Of a DNA stretch of 64,000 nucleotides, positions 1 to 13,000 are shown in pieces. The notes below the pieces were generated by a model, which had not been told where the DNA came from, searched no databases, and saw nothing but the letters and a program-made list of their open reading frames with translations. Within the stretch, counting starts at the first letter, position 1. Every line of letters begins with the position of its first letter. Location of the stretch: contig OZ218959.1 in NCBI GenBank assembly GCA_965112735.1, forward strand, positions 992,001-1,056,000, written 5' to 3'. A program made the translations under genes and the position numbers. Source of the DNA: Phaeosaccion multiseriatum (lineage: Eukaryota; Protista; Ochrophyta, other classes).

Positions 1-2557
1 TCAGCGGCAGCTCTCCCTCCCCCCCAACCCCCCCTCAGGCACTCACCCCGTGGTCTTGAAGGGTATGTTGCCGTCCTGCGTGCTCTCCGAAGGCGCGTAC
101 GTATTTGCCGTGATGGGTCCAGCCACAATCTGAGTCAAGTACCCCTCCACTGACTGCCTGGCCGCGCGTTTCACACCCCCATCAAAGCTGAAGGGGTCTT
201 CATCCGCATCGTCGTCATCCATGAGTCCACCGGCGGTGCTGCTCCTGCCCTTGGCCTTGGTGCTGGGCTTAGGCTTGGTGCTGCTTCTCTTGTTGAGCTT
301 GTCATTGTCTTTGTCAAGGTCCTTGTCTTCCTCCGCCCACACCTTGGGGAGCATTTTGTAAGACGTCAGAGTCTTGATGCCTGGGGAGAGTGAGGGGGGT
401 TGGGGGGAGGACGACCAGGACATGGGGAGTCAGAGTGTCAGGACATGGAGTCAGAGTGTCAGGAGTCAGAGCGTCACGTCTCCCCTACCCCGTCGAAGCA
501 CTGCACTCCGTCAGCTGCCATCTGCACTTCCCTTCCCGTTGAGCAAGCAGCAAGCCTTCATCACCCCACCCCTCATCCCCCCATCGGACAAAGGCACAAG
601 GGCACATGTTGGACACACGCTTGGCGCACATCGTCGCCATGCTGTGACTCACCGCAGCAGACCCCGGAGCCCGTGCCTGCGACGAGCAACACCTCTCTGC
701 CCGGCACCTCCATCTTCCAAGCCAAGAGTCGCTTCAGCAGCGCCACTTGCTGCCGAGGCCTTCTCGCCCATGCATCTCGCACCACGTCCTCCTGATCGTG
801 CTCTCCTCCCAGCCCCCCTCCCGCAACGCCACCTTCGACCCCTGCTGCTGACCCAGGCCTTGGGCTAGATGCTTTCTTCCTATCAGATGTGTTGGGTCTA
901 CTGCCCCCCTTCGCCTCCCTCGCCTCCTGCTGTATCACCAACTGTTCCTCCTGCCACAGGCGCTCCTCCTCCTCCTCCTCCCTCCGCTGCTGCAAGGCCC
1001 GCTCGAACCCTTCATGATCGTGATACACCAGCGGCAGCTCGGACGCCACCACGAGCGTCGCCAAGTCCGGCCCACACTTGTCCAGGGCAAGGCTCAGCAC
1101 CCGCCACTGCTCCTCGCTAAGCAGGGGGTTGTCTGAGGCCTGGCTCTCCACCCCACTGCCCGCCTCGGGCCCCGCAGCAGCAGAGGCGGAGGTGCCCGGG
1201 CGGGAAGAGGTGCCGGGCCTGGAGGAGCTTGACGTGCCCGGGGGGGAGGAAGCGGTCGTGCCGGGTGTTGAGGCCGCCCCTCTGTGGAACGAAGAGAAGA
1301 GAGAAGGACAGGACGGGGAGGGGGGAGAGAATGTGAGTTGAAAGTGTCGTATCAGCCTATGGTTATATTCCACACCACACGTACGTAATTCTTAGGTTGA
1401 TTCCTGTAAGTTAAAGAAAAGGTCCCCGCTGCCCGGAGCACGCCCTCTCAAAGACACACAGACACGTACCAAGACATAAGGACACATATTCGCCCACCCA
1501 CGCACCCACCCACCCACCCACCCACCCATCCACACGCACACACGCACACACGCACACACAGCCCTTGCTCCTCACCCGGGCTGTACCGCCCCGCTCCCTC
1601 CCGCCGCCACCCCCCCGCCCCTGCCTCCATCCATGTGCACGCCCTGCCGAGGTCTGAGGAGCTCCCTCGCATCCAGACACAGAAGCCCCACGGCCTCCCC
1701 TCGAAGGAGGCGGAAGTGTGCCTCATGCTGCTCCAACTCGAAGGGAGTGCCCCACTGTGTGTCCCAGAGCTGTCTCTGATACTCGCGATAGACCTCCCTG
1801 GCCAGCCGGAGCAGCAATCGGCCGTGTGGTGAGGCGCGTAGTGAGGAGTCAGACGCGTTGAAGCCCTGACACGCGTCGCCCTGACCCCACAGCATGAGCT
1901 GCTGAGAGGTGGCCAGGACCTTGGGAGGGGGGGGGGGATGGCAGTGGATGGACGGCAGTGGATGGACAGGGATGAGAGAATAGCAGCACTACGTAACCTG
2001 ACGTACTCTTCCCTCTCTTTCTCTCCCTCCCTCCCTCCCTCCCTCCCTCCCTCTCTCCCTCCCTCCCTCCCTCCCTCCCTCCCTCCCTCCCTCCCTCCCT
2101 TCCTCCCTTCCTCACCCTTCTCTTGCTGGGCTGGTTCCATGATCGGCGGTACTCCTCCCTGAACCTCTCCTTGACTTTCTCGAGCGCCTCCGCCTCGTCC
2201 GCCCCGCTCAGCTCTCCACTCCTCCTCCTCTCTAACAAGCCCCCTTCACTCTCCATGAAGCGCAAGCAGTCCGCCATTGCTCCATCAAGTTGGGCCTGAC
2301 CCCCCAAGTGCAACACCACCTCCACCCCATGAAACGGCTTGCTGAGCTTGTTGGCCAGCACTGCCCACAGACAACCCCCTGCCCCGGGCTCTGCCTTCTC
2401 TGCCTCGGCGATGGCGTTGAGACTCGTTGCGGTTTCTGCGGCGCCTGCCCCCGATTTCGCGCCGGGGAGGCCGTCGTCGGACAGCAGCTCCCCTGGGCTT
2501 TCTCCCGAAACCACCGCCATGGCGATATCGGGGATACTCCTGCGGCATCGTCCGCGG

Positions 2558-2598
<41 letters not shown>

Positions 2599-3650
2599 TA
2601 ACTACAAATGAGCTTCTTAAGCACTGAGCTGTGTGTGCGTATGTGTGTGTGTGTGTGTGTGATCGTTACCTGGAGGAAGTAGTGAGGAGGCCCGTGCGAT
2701 CGGAGCCGATACCGCCATTGGCCACCCCCCGAAACTGCACGAAGAAGCGGCGGCAGGTTCGCAGTCCCTGAAACCAAAACGCCCTCGGCCGCCTGACGTG
2801 TGTTTGCGAACATAATAAAACAGAGCAAAACAGAAGAGAAAAGAGCGCAGAGCAGAGCGGAGGGAGGGAGGGAGGGAGGGACGGAGGTGATCGTTTAGCA
2901 AAGGGAGTGAGACGGAGCCTTGTTCTTGTTCTTGTTCTTGTTCTTGTTCTTGTTCTTGTTGTTGTTCTTGTTCTTGTTCTTGTTATTGTTCTCCCTCTCA
3001 GATCCACATGCACATACCCAACCCCTCTCTCCCCCAGTCCCACTCCCTGCCCACCCACCTGGGCTTCATGCTCCTCGTCTTGATGTGCTCCTCCCCCGTG
3101 AAGACATCTGTGAGCACACACTGCACCTGTCCCTCCCCATCCACCTCCGCAAGCACCGGCACCGTGCAAGACTCCCTCCTCTCCCCCAAGCGTGGACAGA
3201 TCTTCACATGCCCCAGCACCGGTCCGAGAATCAGATTCGGGCCCTCGGAAGAGAAACCGCCCCCGCCTTCGGACAGCTCGCCTTCGGACAGCCGGCCTTT
3301 GCCCTCAACTTCCATCGGGTGCCTTCCCTCCTTTGCCGGGGGGCCGCACTGCACGAGGTAGGCATCCAGACCGGCCTTGCGCGGCTCTGCCAACACGTGC
3401 ACCATAGCGAAGGACGGTCTGTTGGGCATCAGCTTGGGCAGCGGTGTAGCACCAACTGCTGTTGTTGCGCTACCGTTCTGCTGCGGCTGTATGACCAACT
3501 GCTGCTGTTGCTGCTCCTCCACAAGGGGCCAGTGCGTGTACACGAAGCGCTGCCCGATGCTTCCCTTCGTCTTCCACGGGCACGGAGCCGTCGCATCAGA
3601 CACGGGCCCCACGCACATCTAACCACGGAAATCATTCACACCCACGCACG

Positions 3651-3687
<37 letters not shown>

Positions 3688-6600
3688 GCACAAGGCGCCG
3701 TTGTGGTGAGCTCCTCTGAGAAAGACGTGGGCAGAGCCAAGGGGTGTGCCCGGGGGGGTGCCCAGGGGGGTGCTCAGGGGGTGCCTGTGTGAGGAGATGC
3801 GCTTCTTCATGAAAAGAGAAGGGGCACTCCGCCGCCCGCCCCTACTGACTGACCGAGTGACTGACCGAGTGACTGACTGACTGACTGACTGACTGCCTGA
3901 CTGACCTGTGTGATCTGCCTGCTCGTCTCTCTATCCTCCACGACGGTCCTGACACCGCATCGTGTGCCTCCACAGAGCAACACCACGCATCGCTTGGAAG
4001 GCCCTTGCCCTTGGACCTTCTGCACCCCCGCTGCTGCGGCCGCGGCCAGAGCCAGCCCGCCCTTGGGGCCCTCAGCCTGTGATCGCACGCACACACACAC
4101 ATACACATGAGCACACACGCACACACACACGCACACACACACATGAGCAAACACACACGAGCATAAACACACACGAGCTGGAGACACTGAAACGGAGACT
4201 GAGAACCCGAAACTCAACCTGAGATTGAGGAGAAGCGGCACACTCGCACGCACCCATGCACGCACCCACGCACGCACCCACCCACGCACACACGCAGCTC
4301 CTTACCTGCCACGTGAAGAGCTGCCGGAGGAGTTTGTCCAGCCTCGGCGTGTGATAAGCCCACTGAAACTGCGGCCTCCGCTCCGAGTACCACGCCGGCA
4401 TGGGCCCCACCTGCGACAGGGGCAGCACGTCCACCAGGGCGGCCCCCAGCCCGCCCCCCGCCCACTGCCCCGTCTCCTTCATCAGCTTGGCTGTGCGCTT
4501 GAGAAGGGCCTCTCGCTCTTCCACGCGCGCCAGCTCGGCCAACAGCTCGGTCAGCCCCCCGGGGTCGGTCAGCCCCCCGGGATCTCGAGAGCCCTTTTCG
4601 TCAATCTTCTTCTTGAGGGATTTCTTGGCAGCTTTGAGGGCCCTGAGCTCCTTCTCCAGGGCATCGCTCGACATGCGCGGCTAATAAGGAGTATCAGGTG
4701 TCAGGGGTCAGGCGAGGAGGAGGGGGTGCGCGCCATAAGGGGTTGTTATTGGGTGTCCGTTCGAAGCAAGCAGGTACCAAAGCAGGCCGAGCCGAACGAA
4801 CGGACGGAAAATGAGCATGGAAAAAGGACATTTGCTACTCGGCAGGAGCGGCCAAGGAGGGACTCCAAACCCTACAAACCCCCTCCCCTCACTCACTCAC
4901 TCACTCACTCACTCACTCACCATTGCTGGGTGCGGGAGCTGCTCCCCCACGAGTGGCGTGCCTGTGCACAGCACTAAGGCGATGAGGAAGGGGTCCGCGA
5001 GGGCCTTGTCGAGGAGCCGCTCCTGCCGCTTGGTGAGCATGGGGAGCGCCTTCACACTTGACGGAGCCTTAGGGGAGCGCGTCTTGCCTCCTCCTCCCTT
5101 GGCCGCTGTGTCGACATTGGTATTCTCGTCGTCGTCCTTAGAAGAAGGAGCAGGGTCTGCACCCCCCTCTCCATCGCCTGCCCCTTGTGCGGCTCCTCGT
5201 CTCCCTCCCTCTGCCGCCCCTGCGCCCGTCGCGTCCTCCTCGTCGTCCTCCTCCTCCCCCGCCCCCTCCTCCTCCCCTTCCAACCTACTGCCGCTTGCCC
5301 AGGCATCTAGCACGAGTACTCCCACCCCCCCGTACTGCTTCAAGGTGGAGTAGTCCCCTCGCTCGCCCCCTTGCAGCGCCTGTTCACAGCGAACACACAG
5401 TGAACACACAGGACGTAGTGCACACACAGTGAAGACACAGTGCACACACAGAGCGTGGGAAGCATGTGGGAGCGTGCGTGAGGGACTTCCTCACTCTCGC
5501 GTGGGGGACTCACTTCACAACACACCAATGCCCCCGTCCCTACCCCTATGACTGCTTACCTTCTGTCCCTTGTCGAGGGCGGTCTGGTACTCCGTCATGG
5601 CTCGCTGTGCCGCCACTCGAAGTGTTGCCTCAGACACCACACTATCCCCCGAGCCCCCCCGGTTCCCTCCTCCTGCTCCTCCTCCCCTTTCTCCTCCACC
5701 TCCTCCTCCTCCTCCTCGTCCTCCTCCTCCTCCTCCTCCTCCTCCTCCTCCTCCTCCTCCTCCTCCTCCTCCTCTTCCTCCTCCTCCTCCTCCTCCTCCT
5801 CCTCCCCCCCTCCGCCTAGCCGCTCCCCCCTCTAGGTCTGCTGGAGCGAAGTTCGCCATAAGCTGCGGCGCCGCGGAGAGCGTCTCCTTCACGTAGGGAG
5901 CCCTCCACACCGCGCGATACGCGTCTCTCACACGGTCCTGTACCTCCTCCTCACTCACGCTCGCGCCCACGCCCGCACCCACGCCGCTACTGCTACTCAC
6001 AGCCGTGGTGAGCACTCCCTTGATGCCCACGCGACTGTCGCATGGCAGCACGCTGTCAAGGCGCAGCTCGGGCTCTGAGGGCAGCAAGTGGTCATAGTCC
6101 CTGACGTTCTCCTCCTCCTCCTCCTCCTCCTCCTCCCTCTCCTCCCCCTCCTCTTTCTTCTCTCTCGCCCCCACCAACCTTCTCCCCCCTGGCCGCCTCT
6201 TGTCCTCCTCTCTCTGCCGCTTGGCTTCCTCCTCCCTCTGCTTCACCACCTCGTCCCTGACCCTCCCCGCCTGTCCTAGAAACTCAATCATCTTCTCCAC
6301 ATCCCTTTCGTCTTCCTTCCCCAGGGCCGTGCCCGACCACGTCAAGTCAGGAGGGTCCACATAGAGAGGCAGCGAGGCCTCTATCGGGGCAGCAGCAGCA
6401 GTAGCAGCAGCAGCAGCCGCAGCAGCAGCCTCCTTCCTCCCCTGCCCATATGCCTCTGCTCGCTCAACTTGGTCGGCCTCACCCTCCCCGAGGGCCCTGA
6501 CGAGCGGCACCCCCCTCCCAAGATGCACCACAAGGTCAAGCCCCTGTCGAGGGAAACACACCTCCTCCGCGAGACGCTTCCAGGGGAGCCTTTCCCTCAC

Positions 6601-9600
6601 CCTCCTTGCCACTGACTCGCCCTCCTCCCCGCCCCGCCTGCCCAGCAGCCCGTTGTCCGTGTCCACTTTGATCGCCTCTGCGTCGAGAGCCCTTTCCAAG
6701 GCCTCCTCTGTGGCCCCGAGGGGGGTGCCCGTGCCGTAATTGGAGGAGCTCTGCGTGAAGCAAAGCACAGGTATATATGGGCATACACAGGCATATGGAT
6801 GGGGAGGGAGGGAGGAAGGGAGGCAGGCAGGACAGCGATGGGTAGGGAGATGGGACAGTGAGAGTTGTGGTGCTTAAGTTGTTCACGGCCCCAGAGCTTC
6901 ACTGCTTCACTTTGGAGCATCACTCCACTAGAAGGGACATTCTCAGCCCCTTCGACCCTCGGCCCTCGTCCGACGGTGACTGACGAAGGAAAGATAGTGG
7001 CGACAGTGCAACAACAGCGCAACAACAGCGCAGCAACAAGCCCTTCACAAGCCCTTGACAAGCTTCTTTGACAAGCGCAGCGCTTCTCCTGCCATTGCCG
7101 TGGCCCCTTCCCGCCATGGGCATCGATCAAGCGTTCTCTCCCCTCCCCCCCCAAGCGTCTGCCTGCCTGTCTGTCTGCCTGCCTGCCTGCCTGTCTGTCT
7201 GTCTGCCTGTGTGCCTGCCTGCCCATATGCCTGCCCATCTGCATGCCTGCCGATGTGCCTCACCTCGAGCATTTGGAAAGGGCCCCTTGTGCTGAGTGGC
7301 CTTGCGCTGAATGGCCCACGGTGACGGTGGCCTTGTTGCCCCTCCTCCTCCTGCCTCTCCTCCTGCCCCTCTTCCTGCACCTCCCCGCCCCCCTGCTCCG
7401 CGAGAAAGCCGAAGGGCCTCGAGCTATCGCACACGGCCGCCAGGCGGAAGGAGAAGGGGCGACTGAAGCGGGTCTGGAAGGTTCCGCGGAATGTTCCGCT
7501 GTTGACGAGGGGCGAGAAGCGCAGCTCATAACGCTTGCCCGCTCGGAGTCCGCTGAGCTCAAGCAAGACGGGGCGATGTGCGGTGGTGATCTTCCTCACC
7601 AGTTTCACCACGCCGGGGCCTGAGGCCAGCGACGGCACGGCTGCTGTACCACCAATGTCCGCAGATGGGTAACTGCTTGGTGCGCTTGGTGCCTTCGCCT
7701 TTCCGACGGTGAGAGGGCACGCGTAGCACGTGAGTCTCACGGGGGCAGAAACCTCCACAAGCACTCTGCTCAGCACAGGGGGAGGGGAGGAGGGGGGGAG
7801 AGAGGGAGAAACGCGCGGTCGTCAAGCTTCACTTGTCTTCCCTTCGAGGTGGGTTCACCCCGTGGAAAGGGGTAATCCCGTTCACGCGTAAGCCCGTTAA
7901 GGGGTGATCCCTTGGCACTCAAGCCGAGAGGGGTAGACACACTGTGCGTCACACTGTCAAACTGTCACACTGTCACACTGTCACACTGTCACACTGTCAC
8001 ACTTCCCCTCTCACACTGCCTTGCACGGCCCTACACGACTAAACCACAGCACCAACTGCCGTACCACCAACTGCCGTACCACCACACACCGTACCTGGCG
8101 CTGTGTGCCTTGACCTCCCCTACCACGGGCCCCACGGTGCCGAACACGCCCCCCCCTGCCTCCGACACGCCCCTGAAGGACACATGAGGGCTCGACACGT
8201 GTGGCAGCGCTGTGAGCAGGCACGCGCAGCGGTCGAAGGCGGGCTGCCGCTGTACCTCGTGCACGAAGGAGTAGCTCCGCCCGAGGTACCCGCCCTTTGG
8301 AAGGAGGGGAAGGAGGTGCTGACTTTGACGCGTCTGAAGAGCGGCGCCGCTAACGACCTCCCGCTGGCCGCAGTCCCCTGCAGCTGCCGTAGCCCCAAGG
8401 CCAGACTCAGGCCGAGGCCGAGGCTCAGCAGCCCCACGTCCGAAGAGGCCCGCCTGCTGTTCCCCCTCTCCGAAAGCGTTTGCTCTTGCTCTGCTGCATG
8501 AGAAGGGCAGGGAGGGCAGTGTCCATTGCTTGGCGGTCCTGCCGCTCCGCTCGTCTCGAATGTACGTCAGCACGCAGGGCATGCGCTCTTCGCCGCCTCT
8601 TAGCACCGCATCCGTTGCCATCTCCTCGTCGCCGTCCACTGCCATCCTCGCCTCGCCCAAAGGGCGGGTTTCCAAGCGGGATAGTCGCTCCTCTCGAGAG
8701 GTGTCAGTGCGCGTGGTGCTGCCGTCATCCTCGCGAGCGCAGAGTACAATGAAGCGCCTCTCCGCCACCTCCTCGTTGTCCTCCTCGTCGTCCACTGCCA
8801 CGCCTTCCTTCTCCTCCTCCCCCCCGTCCACTGCCATGCCCTCCTCCTCCTCCTCCTCCTCCTTCTCCTCCACCACCGCCGCAGCTGCGTCTCCGCCCCC
8901 AAGTGCCCCCCCAAGGACCCCCCAAAGAGGCGAGGGCTGCTCCTCCCCGCCCGCTGCGCCTTCCCCCTCTGTCCCCTCCCCCTCCCCCTCGGCTCTCTCC
9001 TCCTCCTTCTTCCTCTCCTTCTCCTTCTCCTTCTCCTTCTCCTTCTCCTCCTTCTTCTTGTTCGCCCCCCCCCCCTGTCCCCCGCCCGCTTGCCACTGAA
9101 AGAGGAGGTCCAGCAGGGCGTTTGCATCCCTACTGTACTCCGTCCACAGGGGAAGGTGCGGCGGAGCACCAACCCCTCCACCCCCCCTTCCACCGCCATC
9201 TGTGGGCATCTTGCAGCTGCTGCTGCTCTCCCACACGAGAGGGTTGCTGCAGAGCACGAGCAACACAGACACACCCCTTACCTCTCCTCCGCGCCGCCTC
9301 CCTCTCCTCCGCCCTCTCCCTCCACCCCTTGCTCCGCTGCTGCACTCCTCTTCCCCCTCCCTCACGCCTCCGCTGCTGCACTCCTCTGCCCCCTCTGCGG
9401 TGCTCTCTTCTGGCCGCTCATGTCCCTTGCACGGATGGAAGAAGTCGTTGAGCCAAGCCCAGGCCTGTGGAGAGAGCAGGCTGTTGGTTCTCTGCCCCTC
9501 CAGAAGCGCCACCTGTGAGTCAGGCCAGAGCAATGCGTCGATCCGCAACACCCCAACGCCGCCGAAGCTTCGGAAGGCAATCTCCCCCACTCCCCCACCC

Positions 9601-10025
9601 TCCTGACTCGCACAAACACCGCCACATCCACTGCCATCCCCAGCCCATCTGCTGCCATCGCTGGTGCCTGTGCCGGCCCGTACGCCTCCACTTGTCCCGC
9701 TGAGACAAAGCCCCTCCCTGCCCTTGGCCTTGCCCCTGCTGCCCCACAACAGGTCCTCGTACTCCTGCATGGCCCCCAGCGCCGCCTGCAGCACCACCTC
9801 ACGCGCCCACTTGCCTGGGCCTGGGCCAATGCCCGTGTGCCTCTGCCTCTCGTACTCGGAAACCAAAACGCCCCTTCCTCCTCCTCCTCCTCCTCCTGCT
9901 GCTGCTGCTGCTGCTGCTGCAGCTGCATATCCGCCGTCGCTCGTCCCAGCGGGGAGAGGAGGCTCGTCGCTGCTGCCCCCGCTGCTGCCCTCCTCGTCGG
10001 GCTGCTCTTCACTCGCCTTCCCCAC

Positions 10026-10066
<41 letters not shown>

Positions 10067-13000
10067 GAGGAGGAGGAGGAGGAGGGAAGAGGCGCGAAGG
10101 AACCGGCCCTCTGAGCAGAGCCAAAAGAGCCGCGGCGCTGCTCCCCGTGGAGAGGCTGGAGTGGCAGGCCAGCACCTTGCGCATGGAGCCCCTGCCCCAC
10201 GCCCCGCGGTACAAGTCGCGCACCGCCTCTCTCACCACTCTTGACACTTGCTCCCTCCTCTCCCTCTGCCGCCTTGCCCGGGCCTCTCTCCTCCTCCTCT
10301 CCCTCCGCCTCCTGAGGCTACGCGTCACGGCTTCCACTTCCCCGTCTTCTTTGTGGAGTCCCGACCCCATCCCCTCCTCCTCCTCCTCCTCCTCCTCCTC
10401 CTCGTGCTCCTCTCCCTCCTCCTCCTCGTCCTCCTCCTCCCCCTCCTCACTCCCCTCCCCCCGCTTCTCCTCCTCTTCTTCCTCCTCCTCTGTTGCCCCG
10501 GCCATGTCCACGAGTTGGTGCACCACATCCCCCATGCGTATCTGTGGACCGCAGTGCAGCAGCACCGTGGCCGAGGGACGGGTGGTCTGTGCGTCTGCCA
10601 GCACACGGTCCAGGGCCCCCGCAGAGGTGCCCAGGGGGGACAGCGCCCAAAAGCGCATGGGCGGAAGCGGCGTCAGTTTCCTCGCCTCTCTTGTCTCTCT
10701 CCCCTCTCTCCTCGCCCCTTCCTCCGCGCCCTCCTCCCCCCCCTCCTCCCTCCCCCCCTTGCTCTCCTCGTGGCTGAGCGACAGGGTCCTAAGGCTTCCT
10801 CTGCGCACCCTTGCGTCTGCCCTGCGTACTCCGCTCAGCTGCACCACATAGCGCCGTCCGGGGAGGAGCGAAGAGAACTCAAAGGCCCTGATGCGGCCCG
10901 CAGGCAACTGAAGCGTCAGAGAGTGGTGTCCTTGCTGCACAGGCCACTGCTGCTGCACCATATGTCCTCCTCCTCCTCCTCCTCCTCCTCCTCCTCCTCC
11001 TCCTCCTCCTCCTCCTCCTTCTCCTCCTCCTCCTCCTCCTCCTCCTCCTCCCCCTCCTTGTCGGTCTCCATGCGCTGTCCTTGGGAAATGCATCGTATCC
11101 AGCAGCGACACAGTCACTGGGCCTTCCCTCGCCACCTCTACGAGCACCACCGCCGTCAGCGCTGTCACCAGCCCCACCACCGGCCCGACCAGCACCGCAG
11201 GGAGGATGGCAACCGACGGGTCACTGAGGGGCTCTGCCACCTGCTGGCGGGCAGAGGGGGAGGCGTGGCGGTGGAGAGACACCGAGAGGAGAGGAGGGGA
11301 AGGGGCAGAGGGAGGGGAGCACCACCGCCCTTGCCCTTGACTTAAGCAGCGCTGCCGAGGCCGCTGCTGCTTCAGGCTCAGGACGCCGCCGCTGTGCCGC
11401 TGTCGAAGCTCGATGCTGCTGCTGCTGCTGCTGCTGCTACTGCTGCGACAGTTGCCGCCATCTGTGGGCTGTATATCACCAACCCCCTCCCCGTCCCCCT
11501 CCCTCTCGGGCAGGAAGAGGCACGTGTGCTGGAAGCGGAAGCCTCGCATCCCGCCCGGCCTGCCACCCACCGCCATGCCCAGGAAGGTCCGCTCCTCCGC
11601 CTGCAATGCCCCTGCTGCCCCGCCTGTGATCTCTCCTCCTCCTCCTCCTCCTGCTGCTGCTGCTGCTGCTGCTGCTGTATCACCAACTGCTGCTGCTGCT
11701 GCTGCCCGGTAAGGGTCACAGGGGTAGCTTGCGGCCTCTCCCACGCAGAGCTGGCGCACCAGGGGCACGCGCAACAGGGGCAAGGCGACGTTTCCCGGGA
11801 TGGAAGTGGAAGCGGAAGCAGACTCCCCCCCGGGAGCGGCCCCCTTTCTGTCCACTCGGGTGTCAAAGGTTTGCCTCCCCCCCCCTGCCAACACCGTGAC
11901 ACTCCTCCCCTCGCGCCTCGAGGCCCACAGATACAGGATGGACAGCACCGCCTCTCTGTCCGCGGGTTCGAGTCCTTGCCGAGGAGGAGGAGGAGGAGGA
12001 GGAGGAGGGAGGGTTGGGGTGCCCTGCCCAGGCTGTCCGCCCCCCTCCCCCTCCCGAGGGGGCCGGGGTCCTAGCACAGCCTCAAACACAGGAAACATCG
12101 CCCTTGATACCCCTGGCCCATGCAATTCCTCTGCTTGCTCTCCCTCGGGGGCCGCATCGTCATCTCCATCTTCTTCTCTGTCTCCGGCCCCTGCCTGCCC
12201 TCTTTGCCCCCCGGGGTGGTGGTGGCGGCGGCGCCTCTGTTGCCAAGCGCCCTTGTCCATTCGCGGCACAGTGCTCGTGTGAGTGTCACCGCTTGGAGCC
12301 TGTCCCTCACTTCCCTCGCTGTCCTCCGGCACGGTGATGAGAGGTTTGTCCATCAGCAGCACCACGGAAAGCCTCTCCTCTTCCTTCTCTTCTTCCGTGC
12401 CAGGTTCCGACCCAAGGGGCAAACCTTCTCCTCCTCCTCCTCCTCCTCCTCCTCCTCCTCCCCCTCCTCCTTGTTGCTCTTGTAAAGCAAGCCCCCCACG
12501 GACCCCTCCTGCCCCCTCTCCCTCCCCTCCTGCCCCACCCCGTAGGCCGAAGCGATCGGACAGCTGCTGCAGCAACCTCTCCAAACGGGCCATGAGGATC
12601 GTGATGGACTCCCCCGGGAGGCGCGAGAAGCGAAGCATTACACTTCCCCGCCCCAAGGCAATGATTCCGCCATCTTCCTCCTCCTCCTCCTCCTCCTCCT
12701 CCTCCTCCTCCTCCCCGCTCTCGGCGCCATCCGACGGTAGTTTCTCCTTGGAAAACGCAGGCAGCAGCGGAGTAAGCCTACCACAGCCGCAGAGGCCTTC
12801 CCCCCACACGTAGGCCTCCCACTCGCGCAGCAGCAGGGCTTCCAGCGCCGACACACACACCCGCCAGGACCCTTCATCCTCCCTCTCCTTCTCCTTCACC
12901 CGGCGCTCTCGCTCCCGCTCGGCCGCTTTCCTCCTCCTCTGCTCCTCCTTCCCCTCCTCATCCTTCTCCTTCTCCTCCTCCTCTGGCTCATCTCCTCCCT

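Noticed and set aside
9664-12813. Long plus-strand ORFs overlapping the 1794-aa minus-strand ORF
   Set aside because: Antisense shadows of GC-rich, low-complexity coding sequence with no recognisable motifs.
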